From a virus (taxonomy: Duplodnaviria; Caudoviricetes), in IMG/VR virus record IMGVR_UViG_3300005286_000035, positions 1 through 50,256 of that record: a stretch of DNA of 50,256 nucleotides; one strand, 5' to 3'. Shown here in pieces: positions 46,001-50,256 of this stretch. Every line of letters starts with the position of its first letter. Positions within the stretch are counted from its first letter, which is position 1. Position numbers and translations under genes: made by a program. The notes beneath the pieces are model-generated. The model had not been told where the DNA came from. It saw only the letters and a program-made list of their open reading frames with translations, and ran no database searches.

Positions 46001-46125
46001 CCGGCAGTGGACGATCCAGGCAGGCTGGATTCGTCAGCGAGAGTCCCTTTGTACTTCAGACCCTCACCCTGTGGACCCGGGACTCCCCGGTTGATAATGA
46101 TGATCTGCTGTTCGGGCTGTGCCAT
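43051..46125 (-). CDS. Tail fibre / receptor-binding protein with collagen-like Gly-X-Y repeats, two SwmB/Ig-like repeats and a C-terminal lectin-like domain
   Basis: GPQGPQGPAGADG repeats, a duplicated DxTAPS...FDE...IEDLAGN module, and GAYSLGRKL...RVRRASDDAEQDIGF...YDQSGN. Confidence 0.85.
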   Translation of the reverse strand: MAQPEQQIIIINRGVPGPQGEGLKYKGTLADESSLPGSSTAGDAYSIDGDLWISDGTTFTNAGPLQGPQGPQGPAGADGADGAPGDPGPAGPHAEFQVTATHIQYKRSDSSTWVDLIPKDELIGPEGPEGPQGPEGPPGADGAADGQSLRETITQVGHGFVAMQPVYHNGTAWVGAQANAVDTTRPVGIVESAPTVDTFVLVKQGRFENDSIVAGLNYFVSATESALVTTQPTSYVMFVMFGVATGIGEVRIDTAPITAKIAAEEIDLDDLVEHLPETNLTQASDAEVVAGSETSPRSYSPAQIKLAVETHYPEASMPQNNFAATTRPGPGNDTGQGYRAGSFWRVAGLNEVWFCVDATASNAVWVLLSGDDAADVTAPSLVSAVIPAIGDILHLNFDEPVVFGAGGNAVVTLDADGGAVTATYLSGSGTSTLVYTLSRKVALTETVTIDIAQPGNAIEDLAGNDLVAVSDEEVTNNSSYIPSSTTQEFGWTPASEWTDTGSAVGQAAFIAVKITDVDANELQAVIFRALNTDTSTREYTLDIFAHDAVNDQPGTRALKITRTYNPSSSGVYANHEHSASLDLTNVSTWWVVIGFENGNSRLAHSTESGYRSIVVLSTTTEWVNVRNATDFNWTSLANAATATVYTDRRYAVLIETLVGSEDTTAPSVSSAVINTDGDELTITFDEDCQVGSGGSGGLTVTASGGAVTPTFSSLIDDVATFTLSRVIQLGETVTISYTQPGSGIEDLAGNALASFTDTAVTNNSTQSSGTLLLDEVGSAAGAYSLGRKLSSSYSGSAFRVRRASDDAEQDIGFDGNLVDVAAITTFCSGTDGYVTKIYDQSGNLRDIAQATTSQQPQIVFSGTPRTGAVSGMVAMKHDGVDDFLFVSASQALPITYFAVAKTNANVNGDMLVNLGTGTRGALRQLSTGPAMRINSGSAPAGLNYTTGSWCLHGTTIRTGDDTQWLNSNTQTMSSGDASSANFRTGDGSLCADYDFQEWVIWFTDMSPTDANTVRANMNAFYGIY

Positions 46126-46126
46126 G

Positions 46127-46516
46127 TTAGATTTCGACGGCCTTGGCGTTGAGCGTCAGGGCGGGTGAGAGATTGGGGTGGGAGATCCACGTGTACAAAT
46201 ACGCCCCGGTGACCAGGACGGCGTCGGACACCGAATCCAGCGATGTGCCGGGCTGGTTCGACGGGAGCAGCTTCAACGTCCGGGCGACGTGGGCCAGGCG
46301 CACCATCGCGGCCTCGGCGGTCATGTCGAACGGGGAGACAGCGTAGTACAACGTCGGCGCGTTGAACGCGCTCGGGACGCCGGCGCCGTTGGTGAGCTGG
46401 GTGTGGATCTGGACCGTCGCACTGGACTCCTGGAGAGTCAGCTTGTTCGCATTGCCCGCGCTGACACCCGGCGAGCCGAGTTCAACAGCTGCGTAAATAT
46501 CCGTAGTCGTGGCCAT
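46127..46516 (-). CDS. Small virion-associated beta protein (129 aa)
   Basis: Sits between the large terminase and the fibre gene; Thr/Ala/Val-rich. Confidence 0.7.
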   Translation of the reverse strand: MATTTDIYAAVELGSPGVSAGNANKLTLQESSATVQIHTQLTNGAGVPSAFNAPTLYYAVSPFDMTAEAAMVRLAHVARTLKLLPSNQPGTSLDSVSDAVLVTGAYLYTWISHPNLSPALTLNAKAVEI

Positions 46517-46549
46517 GGTCTATATCGGTTGCTGATGCTTACTAGAAGG

Positions 46550-48073
46550 TTAGTCGAGTGACCAGTCCAGCTCGGAGGTGATGTCCTCGCGTACGGACTG
46601 GGTGGTGAGAGGGAGGTCGTGTTGGGGGATGGACTCTGGGGCGTTGTCGTCGATGTTGTGCATAGAGTTGATGAAGAGACGGTAGGTCGCTTCCATCATG
46701 TGGTCATCTTCGTCAACGGGTTTGTTGGTCTTGGGGTCGTAGCAGTAACGGCGGATTTCCCAGAGCCAGCGGTAACAGGTCGGGGCGACCCGAACGCCCC
46801 GCGGGTCTTTGAGGACGGATTTGAACTTGAGGATTCCGAACTCTTTGGCTTTAGATGCTTTGACAACCGGGAGGCCGCAAAAGGCGAACCGGTGCGCCAT
46901 GCAGGATAGGGTGATTGGGTCTTGGATCCAGGCGAGCGGGTCGCACTTGGGGACGATGTATTTACGTCCGCGTAGTTTGTGGAGTATGGCAGCGGCGAGG
47001 CCGTCGGCGTCGCAGTGCATCCAGATTTCGTCGTAGATGATGGGGACTTCGGAGGGTCCCACGGCGCAGAATACAACGGCGTGGGGGATTTTGGGATGGA
47101 CGTCGATGGAGCAATAGATTGTATGGTCCGCCGGAGGGTTATCCCAAGACTTCCAACCTGGAGGGAGAGACTTAAGGATATGAGTGTCTTCTTTGAACTC
47201 TTTGTAGACGAGCCCGGCCAGTTCAAGTGGAAGGCCATTGAGGCGGCACTGGCGCTCGTCTTCGGTGAGTGAAGACTCGAAGTCGGAGATAGCTTCTTCA
47301 GTAAGGTACGGATTGTCACGGGTGTTGCCGACTACTGCGAAGATGTTGTCGCGGGGGACCAGGAGGCCGTTGTGCCCAGGCTGTGGGAAGAACATGTCGT
47401 TGATCCACAGTTCTTGCAGGGGTGTGAGGGTGAACCAGTCCTTGCCGTTGCGGTCCATGAGTCCGCGGGCGTTGGCTTTGTACATCCCCTCCGGGCAGGG
47501 CTCGTCTATGTGGAGGAAGTCGAGGTCGGATGACTCCTGAGATTGGGGGTTTTTCTTGTAGGCCTCGACCGTGTCGAACATGACGGACGAGCCTCGCTCG
47601 GTGGCTATGAACTCGATGGCGCCGGAGTGGTTACGTTTGGTGCGGGTGACGAAGCCGCGGGGTAGCATACGCCAGATCTTGCCGGTCTCTTCGGAGGTCC
47701 AGATTTCGTTGACCTTGTCCCAGTCGGTGGTTATGATCTTGCCCTTGACCGGGTGCTGCGGGATGCCGAGAGTGCGCTCAACGGACCCGCGGGGATACCA
47801 AGGACGCTCACCGATGAGCCAGGCTGAGTCTTCAGCACAGCCCATAGTTGACTTGCCGGAGCGGTTGCCGGCTCGGTACATCCGGTGCTTCTTGTCTCCG
47901 GCACGGTGGAAGGCGTCCTGGGCTGGGTGCGGGCGGTAGAAGAGGAGACCGTAGCGTTGGTAGGCTTGCTGGAGGTCTCGAGCGAGACGGAGCCGCCGGT
48001 CGATGTCCGCAGCAAGCGCGCTTTGTGACATCCCGGAGCTTGGTAGGACATGGTCGTAGAGGCTAGTTGACAC
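46550..48073 (-). CDS. terL: Terminase large subunit
   Basis: PHPAQ, Walker A AGNRSGKS, Walker B LHIDEP, FTLTP, DNPYL, nuclease IDVHP and DDHMMEA. Start is GTG 48073 or ATG 48031. Confidence 0.93.
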   Translation of the reverse strand: MSTSLYDHVLPSSGMSQSALAADIDRRLRLARDLQQAYQRYGLLFYRPHPAQDAFHRAGDKKHRMYRAGNRSGKSTMGCAEDSAWLIGERPWYPRGSVERTLGIPQHPVKGKIITTDWDKVNEIWTSEETGKIWRMLPRGFVTRTKRNHSGAIEFIATERGSSVMFDTVEAYKKNPQSQESSDLDFLHIDEPCPEGMYKANARGLMDRNGKDWFTLTPLQELWINDMFFPQPGHNGLLVPRDNIFAVVGNTRDNPYLTEEAISDFESSLTEDERQCRLNGLPLELAGLVYKEFKEDTHILKSLPPGWKSWDNPPADHTIYCSIDVHPKIPHAVVFCAVGPSEVPIIYDEIWMHCDADGLAAAILHKLRGRKYIVPKCDPLAWIQDPITLSCMAHRFAFCGLPVVKASKAKEFGILKFKSVLKDPRGVRVAPTCYRWLWEIRRYCYDPKTNKPVDEDDHMMEATYRLFINSMHNIDDNAPESIPQHDLPLTTQSVREDITSELDWSLD

Positions 48074-48680
48074 CGGTTCCGGGGGTGATGGAGGCGCCGG
48101 CTGCACGCATTTGGGATTCGATGCGTTGGAGTTCAGCGAGCTTGGCCTCGACGGAATCCTCGATCTTGCCGCCGTCGTAGTTGGTGGACTCGATCTTGGT
48201 GGTCGGCTTCCCGAGGAAGCGGTCCAGGAGGGAGTTGGCGGCGGAGACACGAGTGGAGCCCTTCTCCTTGGTGTCGTCACGGACGGCGACGAGCGTTTGG
48301 ATGGACGGGATGACCTCCTGGGAGAGGACGGTGTCGATAAAGTTGCTCCCAGACTCCTCGACAATACGCTTCATCTCGTCACGGATCGCGGGCTGGGCGA
48401 GAACCTCCCGAACCTGCGAATAGGAGTACCCCGAAGCCTCAGCGATTTCCTTCACGGTGCGGCCTGCGGCGCCCATGTAGGCCATCATTTGGTGTACGGG
48501 TTTGATGCGTTTCAGCTCACCGCGCGGGGCGGGTGGGTTGGAGTCGAGCGAGTCCGGGAGGTCGTACTGGTTCTCGAGCTGGTACCGATGGCGCTGTTCG
48601 GGCGGAGGTGCGACGGTAGACAGAGGCACCTTGACGCCGACGGCCTTATCCGGGTCGCTAGCGGGATGTGGTACGTTCAT
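48063..48680 (-). CDS. terS: Terminase small subunit (HTH)
   Basis: HTH GRTVKEIAEASGYSYSQV and RVSAANSLLDRFLGKP; directly upstream of terL. Confidence 0.75.
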   Translation of the reverse strand: MNVPHPASDPDKAVGVKVPLSTVAPPPEQRHRYQLENQYDLPDSLDSNPPAPRGELKRIKPVHQMMAYMGAAGRTVKEIAEASGYSYSQVREVLAQPAIRDEMKRIVEESGSNFIDTVLSQEVIPSIQTLVAVRDDTKEKGSTRVSAANSLLDRFLGKPTTKIESTNYDGGKIEDSVEAKLAELQRIESQMRAAGASITPGTGVN

Positions 48681-49205
48681 GGGTGTTCGGTTCGGTTGGT
48701 GTCAGTCCTGGGGTGGCGCGAGCGACTACCTCCAGAGCCGTCGCGGACAGACGTGGACGGTCGAGCGTCCGGGCTGAACGCGGGCTGCACTGGTGCCTCA
48801 AGGGCGCGGGGGCGCATTGGCTGGCTCTGGGGGATTCCACCGGGACGAGGTAATGGACTCCCCGAGCCGGATGCAAGAAAATCTCTCAGATTGTCGGTCG
48901 GAGAATCCCCCAGGAGCAGGTTCCCTCGGGCACTGGGGCGAGGAGGACCTGGGGACCTCAGTCATCCATGCGGGAGGCGACGATTTATGGGTGGTACGCG
49001 TGGACGGCATCGACGGTGGATCGTAACCCGGCGTCGGCTCGCCCGCCCACACGTGGCCCGATTTCAAATTTTGAACCGCAGAGTGTGTGGACCTAGTGAA
49101 TAAAGCGCCGCCCGGGGGCAAGGGTACCCCTGCGTGGGCAGGGGATGGGCAGGTTGAGATTGAGAATCAGTTGCGTTTTGGACCTGGAAGCGGGCGTTTG
49201 AAACC

Positions 49206-49229
49206 TTGCCACGCGGGATAGCATAAGAT
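49206..49229 (+). promoter_or_regulatory. Repeated 24-bp motif, copy 2
   Basis: TTGCCACGCGGGATAGCATAAGAT is 21/24 identical to 391-414 and ends 65 bp before ATG 49294. Confidence 0.55.
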
Positions 49230-49244
49230 GCAGAGAGCGATGGG

Positions 49245-49260
49245 CGGCATGTTGCTTGCT
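49245..49260 (+). promoter_or_regulatory. Putative sigma54 (-24/-12) promoter
   Basis: CGGCATG-TTGC-TTGCT fits TGGCACG-N4-TTGCW with exact GG-N10-GC spacing, 33 nt upstream of ATG 49294. Confidence 0.5.
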
Positions 49261-49293
49261 CGGGTCTCTCTGTGTTCTAACCAAAGTATAAAC

Positions 49294-49638
49294 ATGTCAC
49301 AGAACAAGGTCACTCCGGACGCGGCGAAGGCCGCAGAGATCAACACGGCTGCGCAGAAGTTTGCGCTGGACGTCATTCGTGCGCAGGCTGCTAAGGGTAT
49401 CGGGCGCGAGTTTCCGCAGAAGCGGACGGCGAATGTCGTCGCTCGGGTTGCGGTGGAGATGCTGGATAGCTTCCCGGCACCTGACGGCGCTGATGAAAGC
49501 TTCTGGCACCAGAAGGTGCTAGAGTGCGCGTTCGCCACGGGTCCGCTGATGCAGGGGAGCACGATGCAGAAGGCTGCGGTGAAGGCTGGCATCTACGCGG
49601 AAGGCGGCAGCGTCGCGAGCGAGTACGATACGGAGTAA
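49294..49638 (+). CDS. Hypothetical early protein (114 aa), ends SEYDTE
   Basis: ATG at 49294 after an A-rich leader; followed by a terminator. Confidence 0.8.
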   Translation: MSQNKVTPDAAKAAEINTAAQKFALDVIRAQAAKGIGREFPQKRTANVVARVAVEMLDSFPAPDGADESFWHQKVLECAFATGPLMQGSTMQKAAVKAGIYAEGGSVASEYDTE

Positions 49639-49647
49639 GGGATAAAC

Positions 49648-49685
49648 GGGCAGGCTGGGGCGCAATGCCTCGGCCTGCCCTTTGT
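49648..49685 (+). terminator. Terminator-like hairpin (twin 1)
   Basis: GGGCAGGCTGGGGC/GCCTCGGCCTGCCC followed by TTTGT. Confidence 0.65.
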
Positions 49686-49692
49686 CGGTGCT

Positions 49693-49887
49693 ATGCATAA
49701 GAAACCAAGGATGTACGGCGCGTTCTGGCGCGTTGCTGGCGAACGTAAATGGCAACGTGAGGAACGGCTGGGTCAGGGAAGCAAGGCATTGATGGTTCGA
49801 TGCTGTCAGGATTGGCTGCTCAACGCTGCTCTGGGGCTGGTGAAGGCCGGCGATAAAAGAGTAGAGCGGACGCTTAGACCGTTGTGA
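49693..49887 (+). CDS. Small basic hypothetical protein (64 aa)
   Basis: ATG ORF that fills the space between the twin hairpins. Confidence 0.5.
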   Translation: MHKKPRMYGAFWRVAGERKWQREERLGQGSKALMVRCCQDWLLNAALGLVKAGDKRVERTLRPL

Positions 49888-49892
49888 GTGCC

Positions 49893-49933
49893 GGGCAGGC
49901 TGGGACGACAGCGTCCTGGCCTGCCCCTTTTTT
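49893..49933 (+). terminator. Rho-independent terminator (twin 2)
   Basis: GGGCAGGCTGGGACG/CGTCCTGGCCTGCCC followed by CTTTTTT. Confidence 0.8.
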
Positions 49934-50206
49934 GTGGGCGTATGGGTACGCTTAGCCAGTCCGCCGTGGCCAGTGCGACGTGGCCGCAAGCGGTGGCACC
50001 TCCACGCCATGCCGGCGCGGCTCACCGCGCTGGGCGCCAGCCAAGCTGGTCATCATCACCAATCGATGCCCACCCCGCCGACGCATCCACGCCGATGCAC
50101 ATACGATCTGGAGATTGATGCGTGGGTGCGGAAGGGTGGGAGGGGAGGCTAGTCCTTTCTGCCATACTTCGCTCAAATCCTCGCCCGACGAACAGATGTG
50201 GGAGGG

Positions 50207-50256
50207 AGGGGGCGCTGGTTTAAAAAAACCGTGTATACCTATTAATTTTTTTTTTT
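50207..50256. repeat. Terminal direct repeat, right copy
   Basis: Identical to bases 1-50. Confidence 0.95.

Noticed and set aside
48074-48364. 97-codon upstream extension of terL (possible TerS-TerL frameshift fusion)
   Set aside because: The extension is S/P/R-rich, typical of an alternative frame of terS, and I see no slippery sequence.
48700-49200. Short ORFs upstream of terS
   Set aside because: Low-complexity, mutually overlapping frames with no codon bias; the region is more likely the divergent regulatory/packaging interval, and no clear late promoter was identified.

Overview
The window appears to be one complete, circularly assembled ~50.2 kb dsDNA tailed-phage genome: bases 1-50 are repeated exactly at 50207-50256. 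It is GC-rich and podovirus-like, with two convergent arms. The + strand (49294->50256/1->19135) carries many small early genes, a Cas4-like nuclease / Sak4-like ATPase / SSB recombination module, a ParB-DNA methyltransferase fusion, a UDG-PolA fusion polymerase, a MazG-like pyrophosphatase, an NDT-like protein, a DUF3987-type helicase, an ATP-dependent ligase and a SLOG protein. The - strand (48680->19132) carries terminases, two very large receptor-binding/depolymerase proteins, portal, scaffold, major capsid, tail proteins, a GNAT and ejection proteins ending in a 2326-aa polyvalent protein. I could not recognise an integrase, repressor, primase, RNA polymerase or endolysin. An Ig domain of Opitutae style hints at a Verrucomicrobiota host (inference only). 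The most unusual signals are: (1) a ~500-nt non-coding array of tRNA-sized structured RNAs that are not canonical tRNAs but end in discriminator+CCA followed by CTTT/CTCT (5352-5694, plus a sister unit at 6241-6328); (2) a shared C-terminal EY(G)D tail on four unrelated early proteins; (3) a degenerate inverted repeat flanking the AT-rich junction; and (4) a 24-bp repeated motif and a sigma54-type promoter in front of the early genes. All protein family calls come from motif recognition by eye and need HMM or structure confirmation.
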